From Patescibacteria group bacterium (lineage in GTDB: Bacteria; Patescibacteriota; Patescibacteriia; UBA2591; UBA6264), in NCBI GenBank assembly GCA_016784145.1, contig JADHVF010000001.1, forward strand, positions 26,367 to 90,366: DNA of 64,000 nt. Direction: 5' to 3'. Below the pieces are notes generated by a model. That model worked only from the letters and a program-made list of their open reading frames with translations. It searched no databases and was not told the DNA's origin. Position 1 is the first letter of the stretch. Every line of letters starts with the position of its first letter. Position numbers and translations under genes: made by a program. This document shows, piece by piece, positions 40,553 to 50,097 of the stretch.

Positions 40553-41218
40553 ATGAAACAAATAAAAGTTAGGCAGATTTTAGATAAAAGTAAACAAGCC
40601 TGGGAAGAAATAGCTGACGAATTTTCCAAATCAAGGGAAAATCTTTGGCCTGAATTATCTCCCTTAACAAAGTATGTGAAAGATAATAATTCTGTACTTG
40701 ATTTAGGATGCGGGAATGGACGTGTTTATGATCTATTTAAACATAGAAATATAAAATATACTGGTATTGATAAATCAGCCAAATTGATTGCCAAGGCAAA
40801 ACAAAGGATTCAAGCATCAAATGCTAATTTTATTGTTGGAGATGCGTTAAACATGCCATTTAAACAATCAAAGTTTGATGTTATTTTTAGCATTGCTTTT
40901 TTGCATCATATTCCAACTAAAAAATTACAATTAAAAACTCTAAATGATTGTTATAATATTCTTAAGCCAGGAGGAATTATGATTATAAGTGTGTGGAATT
41001 TTTGGCAAATTAATTTAATTAAAAAATATAAAATTTGGCAAATTTTTCTGGGCCAAAAAAACATCCTTATTCCTTTTACTTTAAAATCTAAAAAAATAAT
41101 GCGTTATTATTATGTTTTTAGATTTAAAGAGTTTCAGACAAGAATAAAATCAGCTGGTTTTTTAATTTTTAATAAAAAGAAAAGTCATAATTTTACTATA
41201 TTTGCTAAAAAGAAATAA
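40553..41218 (+). CDS. Class I SAM methyltransferase, Trm9/ALKBH8-like
   Basis: WEEIADEFSKSR...W, VLDLGCGNGR, SIAFLHHI, LKPGG..IISVW, IPF, RYYYVF...E; start placed at ATG 40553. Confidence 0.8.
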   Translation: MKQIKVRQILDKSKQAWEEIADEFSKSRENLWPELSPLTKYVKDNNSVLDLGCGNGRVYDLFKHRNIKYTGIDKSAKLIAKAKQRIQASNANFIVGDALNMPFKQSKFDVIFSIAFLHHIPTKKLQLKTLNDCYNILKPGGIMIISVWNFWQINLIKKYKIWQIFLGQKNILIPFTLKSKKIMRYYYVFRFKEFQTRIKSAGFLIFNKKKSHNFTIFAKKK

Positions 41219-41227
41219 TTTAAATAT

Positions 41228-42622
41228 ATGCAAATTTCTGAAAAAATTTTTAAAGCATATGATATCCGCGGGATTTACCCTGATGAAATAAATGAGATTT
41301 CCTCTTATAAAATAGGTCTGGCTTTTATTAAATTTTTGAAATTAGTTACAAAAATAAGGAGAAGAAAATTAAAAATAATAGTGGGGAAAGATGCACGCTT
41401 TTCTTCTCCCGAGATTTTTAAATCTTTTGTTTCAGGAGCGCTAAGACACGGGGTTGATATAATTGATATTGGAACAGTGTCAACAGATGCTTTATATTTT
41501 GCCCTTAATTTTCTTGAGGCAGATGGTGCAGCCATGATTACAGCCAGTCATAACCCCCCAGAGTATAATGGGATCAAACTAGTGGCCAGGATTTCTTTTA
41601 ACAAGAAAAAACCATATGCTAAATTTATATGTTCGGACTGGGGAATGGATAAGATAAAAGAATATGCCTTGGATGAAATTCCTTTAAAGGCAGATAAAGG
41701 AGGAGAACTTACTCATTATAATATTACTTCAAAATATTTAGACCATATTTTTTCTCTAATAGATATGGACGGGACAGAAGACATAAAAGCAGTAATTGAT
41801 TGTTCTGGTGGGACGGGGTCAGTTCTTATGAAAGAATTAGCAAAAGAAATTTCAGCTGATTTGCTTTTTATATATTCTACCTTGGATAGTAAATTTTCAA
41901 ATCATTTACCAAATCCATCTATAAAAGAAAATCTTGAAGATTTACAAAAAGAGGTGATAAAACAAAAGGCTAATTTTGGATTGATTTTTGATGGAGATGG
42001 AGATAGGGCTGTTTTTGTTGATGAAAATGGAGATATTATAGAGACAAGTATGATTATTTCCATGTTCTCAGAGTATTTTTTAAAGAAAAACCCAAAATCT
42101 ACTATTGTATATAATCTTACCTGTTCAAAAGCAGTGCCAGTTATAATAAAGAAAAATAAAGGCAAGCCAGTAAAAACAAGAACAGGGCATGCGTTTATGA
42201 AAGATGCTGCTAGAGCCAATCAAGCGATTTTTGGTGGAGAAATATCAGGACATTTTTATTATCAAGATATTTTTTATGCAGAATCAGGAGGATACACGCT
42301 TTTATTGATGTTAAAAATTTTATCACAGAGTAAACAACCCTTGTCATCTATAATTAAAAAATATAAACATTATTATTGGATTGGAGAAAATAATTTTAAA
42401 GCTATAGATAAACAAGGAGTTATTAAATTGTTAGCAAAAAAATATAGGCATGGAAAAAAGACATGGTTGGATGGCCTGACAGTTGAATTTAAAACTTGGT
42501 GGTTTAATGTTAGAGAATCTCATACAGAACCTTTGCTTAGAGTTGTTGTTGAGGCAAAAACAAAAGATTTTGCTAAAAAGAAATTAGCAGCTATTTCAAA
42601 AATAATAAAAAACCAAAATTAA
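41228..42622 (+). CDS. Phosphomannomutase/phosphoglucomutase
   Basis: FKAYDIRG, ITASHNP, FDGDGDR, GEISGH. Confidence 0.95.
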   Translation: MQISEKIFKAYDIRGIYPDEINEISSYKIGLAFIKFLKLVTKIRRRKLKIIVGKDARFSSPEIFKSFVSGALRHGVDIIDIGTVSTDALYFALNFLEADGAAMITASHNPPEYNGIKLVARISFNKKKPYAKFICSDWGMDKIKEYALDEIPLKADKGGELTHYNITSKYLDHIFSLIDMDGTEDIKAVIDCSGGTGSVLMKELAKEISADLLFIYSTLDSKFSNHLPNPSIKENLEDLQKEVIKQKANFGLIFDGDGDRAVFVDENGDIIETSMIISMFSEYFLKKNPKSTIVYNLTCSKAVPVIIKKNKGKPVKTRTGHAFMKDAARANQAIFGGEISGHFYYQDIFYAESGGYTLLLMLKILSQSKQPLSSIIKKYKHYYWIGENNFKAIDKQGVIKLLAKKYRHGKKTWLDGLTVEFKTWWFNVRESHTEPLLRVVVEAKTKDFAKKKLAAISKIIKNQN

Positions 42623-42656
42623 TGGTTTTTCTTATTTTGAATATTGTTTGGGAATA

Positions 42657-43637
42657 TTAAATTATTCCCATTTTTTTCTTAACTTCAAGTATTGTTTGAG
42701 TAGCAATTATTTGAGCTTGCTGAGCTCCTTTTTTTATAATTGCTTGAATCATAGCAGGATTTTGTTCTAATTGTTTTCTTTTGGCTTGAATTGGTTCTAA
42801 TTCTTTCATTATATTTTTAAATAATATTTGCTTGCAATCAAGGCAACCGAATTTTGCTTTAGTACAAGCATCAACTACTTTGTTTAGTTCTTGTTTTGAT
42901 GAAAAAATTTCATGAAAATTATAAATATTACATTTATTTGGATTGCCAGGGTCTTTGATTGTTTTTCTGGCTGGGTCTGTCATGGCTGAAGCTATTTTTT
43001 TCCAAATAGTTTCTTTTGAGTCAGTCATGGCAATATAAGTATTTTTGTCAAAAGATTTACTCATTTTTCTAGTAGGGTCAATTAAACTCATTATGCGACG
43101 GGATTTTGTTAATAATGGTTTTGGCTCAGGAAATGTTTTTCCAAATTTTTTATTAAACTTTCTAGCAATTTCTCTAGCTAATTCAATGTGTTGAACCTGG
43201 TCTTCTCCAACTGGTACAACTTCTGCCTTGTAAAGCAATATATCGGCTGTCATTAAAATAGGATAATTTAAAATACCAGCATTTACATCTTTGGGATATT
43301 TTATCATTTTTTCTTTAAATTGGGTCATTCTTTTTAAGCTGCCAATAGATGTAATAGAGTTTAAAAGCCAGGCTAATTCAGTATGTTCTTTGACATGAGA
43401 CTGAACAAATATAATTGACTTTTGAGGGTCAATTCCACAGGAAACGAAATCAAGTACAGTATTAATCACTCGGGCTGGTAGCTTGTCAGGGTCATATGGA
43501 GATGTGATAGCATGATAGTCAACCACACAAAATAAGCTTTGGTATTTATCTTGCAACTTAGCCCAATTTTTAATTGCTCCTAAATAATTTCCAATATGGA
43601 TTGTTCCAGATGGTTGAATGCCACTAAATAATTTCAT
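42657..43637 (-). CDS. trpS: Tryptophan--tRNA ligase
   Basis: SGIQPSG, HIGNYLG, VPVGEDQ, KMSKS. Confidence 0.97.
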   Translation of the reverse strand: MKLFSGIQPSGTIHIGNYLGAIKNWAKLQDKYQSLFCVVDYHAITSPYDPDKLPARVINTVLDFVSCGIDPQKSIIFVQSHVKEHTELAWLLNSITSIGSLKRMTQFKEKMIKYPKDVNAGILNYPILMTADILLYKAEVVPVGEDQVQHIELAREIARKFNKKFGKTFPEPKPLLTKSRRIMSLIDPTRKMSKSFDKNTYIAMTDSKETIWKKIASAMTDPARKTIKDPGNPNKCNIYNFHEIFSSKQELNKVVDACTKAKFGCLDCKQILFKNIMKELEPIQAKRKQLEQNPAMIQAIIKKGAQQAQIIATQTILEVKKKMGII

Positions 43638-43714
43638 AGTATTATTATACCATTTTTTATAATTTTTTCAACATAAAGGGTTTAAAAATATAGAGAATTT
43701 GTTATAATTTATAG

Positions 43715-44338
43715 ATGCCAGAATCTTTTATCATAGCCCCTCTTTTATTAGGTCTTTCAACTGGAATATATTGTTTTGTTTATTGTATTCCTTTTATTGC
43801 TCCAGTAATGATTTCTGAGAAAAGAGGCAAACAACAAGACATTAAGACACTTACTCATTTTATTCTAGGTAGATTAATTGGCTATATTTTATTTGGGGCT
43901 GTGTTTGGTTATTTAGGGGAAAGTATTAATAATGATAATTTAAATATTATCTTGAATATTGCTCTTGTTTTAATGTCTTTGATTTTAATCTTACATGCTT
44001 TTGGTTTGTTAAGGTCAACTAAATCTTCGTTTTGTGCTAATATTAAAAAACATAATAAAAAATTCCCACTATTAATGGGTTTTTTTATGGGGATAAATGT
44101 TTGCCCGCCATTTTTAATGTCATTGGCTTACATTTTCACTCTTAATAGTGCTTTAAAAGGTATTATTTATTTTTTAATGTTTTTTGTTGGCACCACTCTT
44201 TATTTTATTCCTTTAGTGCTTTTAGGGTTGTTAAATAAAATGAAAGAGTTCCAACTTGTCGGCAAAATTTCAGGGCTAATAGTTGGTTGCTTGTTTTTGT
44301 TTTATGGAATATATAATATCATTTTACTAATAAATTAA
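43715..44338 (+). CDS. DsbD_2 / TauE-SafE-like membrane protein with CxxxC and CPP motifs
   Basis: GIYCFVYCIP, GRLIGY, GINVCPPF, FFVGT; 6 TMs. Confidence 0.75.
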   Translation: MPESFIIAPLLLGLSTGIYCFVYCIPFIAPVMISEKRGKQQDIKTLTHFILGRLIGYILFGAVFGYLGESINNDNLNIILNIALVLMSLILILHAFGLLRSTKSSFCANIKKHNKKFPLLMGFFMGINVCPPFLMSLAYIFTLNSALKGIIYFLMFFVGTTLYFIPLVLLGLLNKMKEFQLVGKISGLIVGCLFLFYGIYNIILLIN

Positions 44339-44347
44339 TAAAAAAAT

Positions 44348-44662
44348 ATGGATAGAAACAAAATTAATAGAATTTTATTTAAAATATCAAATTATGCAGG
44401 ACCTTTGTTGGGAATTATTATGTTGATATATATTATATCGGGCTATGGCATAACCAAAGGGATTATGTCTCCCTTGTTAGCCAAATCCTTGCATAGCAGA
44501 TTGTTGCCAATTCCTTTATTCATGGTAATTGGTTTGCATGCTTTTATTAAAATGAATTTTAATTTAAGAAAAAGAGTTAGTAAAGATATAATTGCAGATA
44601 TTTGGACAATTATTTTATTTGGTCTATTTATGTTGGCTGGTCTTTATTTATACTTTTTATGA
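44348..44662 (+). CDS. Small 3-TM protein, possibly a cytochrome-b-like heme binder
   Basis: ISGYG and two His on one helix (LHSRLLPIPLFMVIGLH). Confidence 0.45.
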   Translation: MDRNKINRILFKISNYAGPLLGIIMLIYIISGYGITKGIMSPLLAKSLHSRLLPIPLFMVIGLHAFIKMNFNLRKRVSKDIIADIWTIILFGLFMLAGLYLYFL

Positions 44663-45765
44663 TTAGGAAAATAGGAGCAATTTTATTTTTAATAATAATT
44701 ATCTTTTTAGTTGGATTTTTGATTTATGGTTCTGAAAAAAATAAAGACCAAATTGATTTTTATCCAGCCAAATATTATCAAACATTAGGGAATAAAATTG
44801 TTCAATGTAATTTATGTCCTAGAAAATGTATTTTATCGCCAGGAGAAATAGGGGTTTGTAAGGCCCGAAAAAATGTTGATGGAGAATTAAAAACAATGGT
44901 TTATAACAAGGTGGCAGCAGCCCATGTTGATCCCATAGAGAAAAAACCACTTTATCATTTTTTGCCAGGCACAACAGCTTATTCTATTTCAACAGCTGGT
45001 TGTAATTTACAATGCAAGTTTTGTCAGAATTGGCAAATTGCTCAAGTTTTTCCATGGGAAGCAACCTCAATGGAGATGTCTCCGCAAGAGGTTGTTGATA
45101 ATGCCTTGGCTAGTAATGCTAAGGCAATTGCTTATACTTATGGAGAGCCAACTATTTTTTATGAATACATGTATGATATTGCTAAATTGGCTCATAAAAA
45201 TGGGCTTAAAAATGTGGTGATTAGTGCTGGATATATAAATCCAGAGCCATTGCAAGACCTTTTGGAATATATTGATGCTTACAAAATTGATTTTAAGGGA
45301 TTTTCTCCTGATTTTTACAAAGAAATGACTTTAGGAGAATTAGAGCCAGTGTTAGAAACAATGAAAATTATAAAGCAATCAGGCACTTGGTTGGAAATTG
45401 TCAATTTAGTTATTCCAGGAGAAAACGATAATGATGAAAATTTGAAAAATTTAGCTTTATGGATAAAAGATAACTTAGGAGAAGATGTTCCGTTACATTT
45501 TCTTAGGTTCCATCCAGACTATAAATTGTTAAATGTTCCTCCAACTCCAATTAATACTCTAAAAAAAGCTAGACAAATAGCTTTAAACGCAGGACTAAAT
45601 TATGTTTATACGGGCAATATTTATGACCCGGATGGCAGTATTACGTATTGTCCTGACTCAGGGGATGTAGCCATTAAAAGGCAAGGTTTTTTTCTTTTAG
45701 ATAATAATTTAGATAAAAATGGCTATTGTTCGCCTGACTCGCAAGTGCCAGGAATTTGGCAATGA
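44659..45765 (+). CDS. amrS: AmmeMemoRadiSam radical SAM enzyme with an N-terminal TM
   Basis: CNLCPRKC, DPIEKKPLYHF, GCNLQCKFCQN, YTYGEP, FHPDY, YVYTGN; ATG 44659 overlaps the upstream stop. Confidence 0.93.
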   Translation: MIRKIGAILFLIIIIFLVGFLIYGSEKNKDQIDFYPAKYYQTLGNKIVQCNLCPRKCILSPGEIGVCKARKNVDGELKTMVYNKVAAAHVDPIEKKPLYHFLPGTTAYSISTAGCNLQCKFCQNWQIAQVFPWEATSMEMSPQEVVDNALASNAKAIAYTYGEPTIFYEYMYDIAKLAHKNGLKNVVISAGYINPEPLQDLLEYIDAYKIDFKGFSPDFYKEMTLGELEPVLETMKIIKQSGTWLEIVNLVIPGENDNDENLKNLALWIKDNLGEDVPLHFLRFHPDYKLLNVPPTPINTLKKARQIALNAGLNYVYTGNIYDPDGSITYCPDSGDVAIKRQGFFLLDNNLDKNGYCSPDSQVPGIWQ

Positions 45766-45774
45766 TTTTATTAT

Positions 45775-47304
45775 ATGAAAAAGAAATATTTAAAAATTAG
45801 TTTTTGGTTTTTGTTAATAATAGTAATTTGTTTGCTTTGGTTATCTTGGCAGGTCAAAAAAAATCAACAATTATATTCATTACTCCCTATTGAACAAGCA
45901 CAAGTAAAAATTATTAGAAGCCCGGCAGTGGCTGGAACTTTTTATCCTTCATCTCCATCTGTTTTGAAAAACACTATCAATCAATTTTTAGACAAAGTGC
46001 AAATAATAGAAACAGATAATCAAATAATGGGGTTAATATTGCCTCATGCGGGCTATCAATATTCGGGCCAGGTAGCTAGTTATGGAATTAAGCAATTAGC
46101 AGGGCAATCAATAGACACAATTATTTTAATTGGCAATAGTCATTATGATAGGTTTGACGGAATCTCTGTTTATGAACAAGGATATTATAAAACACCCTTG
46201 GGGGAAGTCAAGATAGATTCTGTTTTAGCGAGCAAGATTATCAATGCTAATAAGCGAATTTTTTTTAGAACTAAAGCGCATGAGCAAGAACATGGTTTGG
46301 AGGTTGAGTTACCTTTATTACAACAAGTATTAGATAATTTTAAGATTGTGCCGATTATGTTTGGAAATGGTAGCGATGATGATTATAAAATTTTAGCTGA
46401 AGCAATTGTTAAACACACGGCTAATAAAAATGTTTTATTAATTGCTAGTTCTGACTTATCTCATTATCCGTCCAGAAATCATGCGAGAATTGCTGACTTA
46501 AAAACAATTGATTCAATTTTAACTGGAGAGGTTGATCAATTTAAAAATACTATACTTAAATTAAAGCAAGAGGGGATTCCAAATGCCTCAACCTTTGCTT
46601 GTGGACAGGATGCTATAAAAACAGTGATGCAGGCATTGAAACAAATGAATGCAAATGAAATTAAATTATTTAATTATGCTAATTCAGGCGATGTTATAGA
46701 GACAGAGCAAAAAGTGGTTGGATATACTAGTATTGGTTTTTTTGGAGCCAGAAGAGGGGATTTATTGAATAAATTAGAAAAAGAAAAACTTTTACAGATT
46801 GCTAAACAAACAATAACATCGCATGTTTTAAATAAAAAAATTCCTGAATTCGAAATTAATTCAGGCAAATTAAAAGAAAATTTAGGAGCCTTTGTCACCA
46901 TAAGAAAACAGGGGAGACTAAGAGGTTGTATTGGTAGGTTTTCTCCAACAACAGTTCCATTACATCAAGTTGTATCTGAAATGGCTATATCTGCCTCTTC
47001 AAATGATAGTAGATTTCCGCCAGTTCAACCAAATGAGTTAGCAGAGCTTGATTACGAGGTTTCTGTTTTAAGTAATTTGATAAAAATTGATGATTGGCAA
47101 GAAATTGAATTAGGTAAGCATGGTGTGCAAATCAGGCAGGGCATGAGAAGTGGCGTGTTTTTGCCACAAGTTGCTACTGATAACAATTGGGACATAAATA
47201 GGTTTATGGGTGAGTTATGTTCTCAAAAAGCAGGGCTGGCATATGATTGCTGGAAAAATAATAATGTTGAAATTTATGTTTTTACGGCCCAGGTTTTCGA
47301 ATAG
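45775..47304 (+). CDS. AmmeMemoRadiSam protein B (MEMO1) / protein A (AMMECR1) fusion with an N-terminal TM
   Basis: MEMO part: RSPAVAGTFYP, PHAGYQYSG, EHGLEV, SSDLSH, VVGY. AMMECR1 part: GAFVT, LRGCIG, DSRF, FLPQV, KAGL. Confidence 0.93.
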   Translation: MKKKYLKISFWFLLIIVICLLWLSWQVKKNQQLYSLLPIEQAQVKIIRSPAVAGTFYPSSPSVLKNTINQFLDKVQIIETDNQIMGLILPHAGYQYSGQVASYGIKQLAGQSIDTIILIGNSHYDRFDGISVYEQGYYKTPLGEVKIDSVLASKIINANKRIFFRTKAHEQEHGLEVELPLLQQVLDNFKIVPIMFGNGSDDDYKILAEAIVKHTANKNVLLIASSDLSHYPSRNHARIADLKTIDSILTGEVDQFKNTILKLKQEGIPNASTFACGQDAIKTVMQALKQMNANEIKLFNYANSGDVIETEQKVVGYTSIGFFGARRGDLLNKLEKEKLLQIAKQTITSHVLNKKIPEFEINSGKLKENLGAFVTIRKQGRLRGCIGRFSPTTVPLHQVVSEMAISASSNDSRFPPVQPNELAELDYEVSVLSNLIKIDDWQEIELGKHGVQIRQGMRSGVFLPQVATDNNWDINRFMGELCSQKAGLAYDCWKNNNVEIYVFTAQVFE

Positions 47305-49510
47305 ATAGAATTAAAATAAACCACAAATTTATTATTGATATAAATGCTAGGCTATTAATTATTCCGAAAATAGGAATTAAAATTAATGAAGGCAACAAAC
47401 AGCCTAACATTGAGCCAATTAAATCAGCGCTATATATGGTGCCTGTTTTATTATCAAGGTTTGTTTGAGATAATAGAAAAATATTATTTGAAATTGGAAA
47501 GATGGCTGCTCCTATAAAACCAGTCATTAGCAAGATTATTAAAATAATAATTTCAGATAGAACATGACTTATATTTATTAACAAAGGCAAAATTCCTATA
47601 AGGATAATTGGAAATATTATTAAAATTAAGTGCATTTTAATTAAATCATTAAAATCTTTTTTTGATTGACCATAAAATATGCCTAGGGCCATACCAATAA
47701 AAAATACTGATATTAATAGAGAAATTCGGAGATAAATATGGCCAATAATTGATTGATACGTAAAAATAGTTATTATTTCTAAGGCCATCAAACAAAATCC
47801 GCCTATGATTATTGAAATTATAGGTAATTTTTTTAATAATTGTTGTTTTGACTTTGATAAATATAAAGATATTGTTAGTAATAACATGGCAAAGATTTCC
47901 CAAAAATATGAGGATAAGGTTTTTAATAATTTTGAGAAATTTAAATAAAAATGATCTAACCAGAATAAGTTTTGATAAAAATAGGCAATTGGTTTGAACA
48001 TTTTATTTGTGGCTGCTTGTTTATTTTCATCAAACAATTCAATCATTTTGACTGAGCGAGGATTGGTCATGCGGTATTTAATATAATCTTTATTTATAAA
48101 TTTAGTGTTAATGTTTCTTTGGCTAATTCTACTTGATAAAATTTTAGAACTGATGCCAGTATAAGGGTTTTTGTGTCCTAAAAATAAATTTGATTCATCT
48201 GCTAAAACAGATACTCTTGGAAAAACTTGTTTTAAAGTTTTGTATAAAGATGCATTAAGATTAGCTAGATTGCCAGTCATAGAGCTTAATGAAGAAGACA
48301 TGTGAGTTGCTATTATGCCACTATTGGCTAGTTTTTTATGAGTTATTTGAATGAATTCTTGAGTATAAAATCGGTTAGTGTGAGCAGTCGAAGGATTAGG
48401 TATGTTTATGATAATAAAATCAAATTGTTCATTTGTTTTGTTTAAAAAATAAAAGGCATCTTTGTTAATAATTTTTACTTTATCATTTTTTAATGCTTGG
48501 CGAGCTTGTTTTGAAATATATTTTTTAAATATGTTTAATTTTTGTTTGTCTGGCTCTACGTAATAAACCTGGTCAGGATTATGCTTCAATGTTTCTTCAA
48601 GGGCTTGAGAAAGGTTATTGCCTATTAAAAGAATTTTTTTAGGAGATGAATGATGTAGCAATGATAAATGAATAAAACTTTCATAAAACAAGGCTTCCTT
48701 GTCTGAATAAATAAGCTTATTGTTTAAATAAAAATTATGTTGTGAGTCAATTTTTGTGACAGCAATGTTTCCATAATAAGAGTTGCTGGTGGCTAACAAT
48801 TCTTGATTTTTGAACCTAAGAGATTGTGTGGCTGTGTTTAGTTGTTTCAAATATGGAGAAAATGAAAGAAAAATTAGTATTATTATTAAAATGCTTGTAA
48901 AAATTTTTATTAAAAAATAGGGTGGTTTTTTATGAACAAGCAAAAGTATCATGCTTAGATTTATTACAAGTAGAATCAAAGCAACAAAGAATTCATTAAA
49001 TCTAATAAACCAAAAACTAAATAAAAAACCTCCAATTATAAAGCCGATTATTTCTAAAAAATAGGCTTTATTTATTTCTTTAATTTTATTTTGATTAAAT
49101 AATTTAGAAATAATTTTACTGGCTATTGTCCACCATAATCCTAATGTAATACATAAAGGAGCTGGAATTATAAAGGCAAATACAAAAGAATGAATTAAGT
49201 TTGGAATTTCTCCTGCCAGTCCTAGATATAATTTTACAATTCTAATTAAAAATATTTCCAGTAAAAATAACCACCCTATCCAAAAATGGATTTTGACAAG
49301 GGAATATAAGTCTTGTTTAGATTTGTTTAAATATTTTTTGAAAAAACCACTGCCAAAAGCAATCCATCCTAACCAAGCAGCTAAAATTATGCCAATAAAA
49401 AATTCATTGCCATAAAAAGTGGAAATCGCTTCCCTTATAATAATTGATTGAGTTATAATAGAACTAATCCCCAGTACAAAAATAGATGTTAAAGCATTTT
49501 TCTTCCTCAT
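47282..49510 (-). CDS. Membrane protein with a central spermidine-synthase-like (class I SAM-fold) domain
   Basis: N- and C-terminal TM bundles (FYGNE, YSADLIG); central SYYGNI, PKKILLIG, VEPD, DAFYFL, NRFYTQEF. Confidence 0.85.
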   Translation of the reverse strand: MRKKNALTSIFVLGISSIITQSIIIREAISTFYGNEFFIGIILAAWLGWIAFGSGFFKKYLNKSKQDLYSLVKIHFWIGWLFLLEIFLIRIVKLYLGLAGEIPNLIHSFVFAFIIPAPLCITLGLWWTIASKIISKLFNQNKIKEINKAYFLEIIGFIIGGFLFSFWFIRFNEFFVALILLVINLSMILLLVHKKPPYFLIKIFTSILIIILIFLSFSPYLKQLNTATQSLRFKNQELLATSNSYYGNIAVTKIDSQHNFYLNNKLIYSDKEALFYESFIHLSLLHHSSPKKILLIGNNLSQALEETLKHNPDQVYYVEPDKQKLNIFKKYISKQARQALKNDKVKIINKDAFYFLNKTNEQFDFIIINIPNPSTAHTNRFYTQEFIQITHKKLANSGIIATHMSSSLSSMTGNLANLNASLYKTLKQVFPRVSVLADESNLFLGHKNPYTGISSKILSSRISQRNINTKFINKDYIKYRMTNPRSVKMIELFDENKQAATNKMFKPIAYFYQNLFWLDHFYLNFSKLLKTLSSYFWEIFAMLLLTISLYLSKSKQQLLKKLPIISIIIGGFCLMALEIITIFTYQSIIGHIYLRISLLISVFFIGMALGIFYGQSKKDFNDLIKMHLILIIFPIILIGILPLLINISHVLSEIIILIILLMTGFIGAAIFPISNNIFLLSQTNLDNKTGTIYSADLIGSMLGCLLPSLILIPIFGIINSLAFISIINLWFILILSIRKPGP

Positions 49511-49564
49511 AAATATATTATAACATATATATACAGATAATTTCTAGTTTGTTATGCTTTTAAT

Positions 49565-50035
49565 ATGAAAATCCTACTTGTTTTTTATTCTAGAACTAAA
49601 ACAACAGCCAAGCTTGCTAAAGTAATGGCAGGCAAAATTGATTGTGATTCAGAGGAGATTATTGACACATTTGATAGACAAGGAGCAAGAGGTTATTTGA
49701 TTTCAGGCAAACAAACAATTCAGAAAAAATTAACATTACTTGAACCAATTAAAAATAAACCAGATTCATATGATTTAGTGATAATTGGCACTCCTGTTTG
49801 GGTTTTTACAATGTCAGTTCCAATCAGAACTTATATAAATAATTATTATAAGCAGTTTAAGCAAGTAGCTTTTTTTTGCACGCAAGGAAGCAAGGGGCAT
49901 GAGAAAACATTTAAACACATGGAAGAGCTATGTAAGCAAAAGCCGATAGCTGTGATTGATTTTACAACTAAGCAGATTATAAATCACGAGTATTCTATTA
50001 AATTAAAAAAATTTATTCAAGCAATAAAAACTTAG
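49565..50035 (+). CDS. Flavodoxin-like protein
   Basis: FYSRTKTT, YDLVIIGTPVW, VAFFCT.G. Confidence 0.85.
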   Translation: MKILLVFYSRTKTTAKLAKVMAGKIDCDSEEIIDTFDRQGARGYLISGKQTIQKKLTLLEPIKNKPDSYDLVIIGTPVWVFTMSVPIRTYINNYYKQFKQVAFFCTQGSKGHEKTFKHMEELCKQKPIAVIDFTTKQIINHEYSIKLKKFIQAIKT

Positions 50036-50048
50036 TAAATTGTTAATT

Positions 50049-50081
50049 AAAAAATACTAGCAATTAATTGCCAGTATTTTT
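50049..50081. terminator. Bidirectional terminator
   Basis: aaaaatactagcaa-ttaa-ttgccagtattttt between convergent genes. Confidence 0.7.
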
Positions 50082-50097
50082 ATTTTTGAAAGATTGA

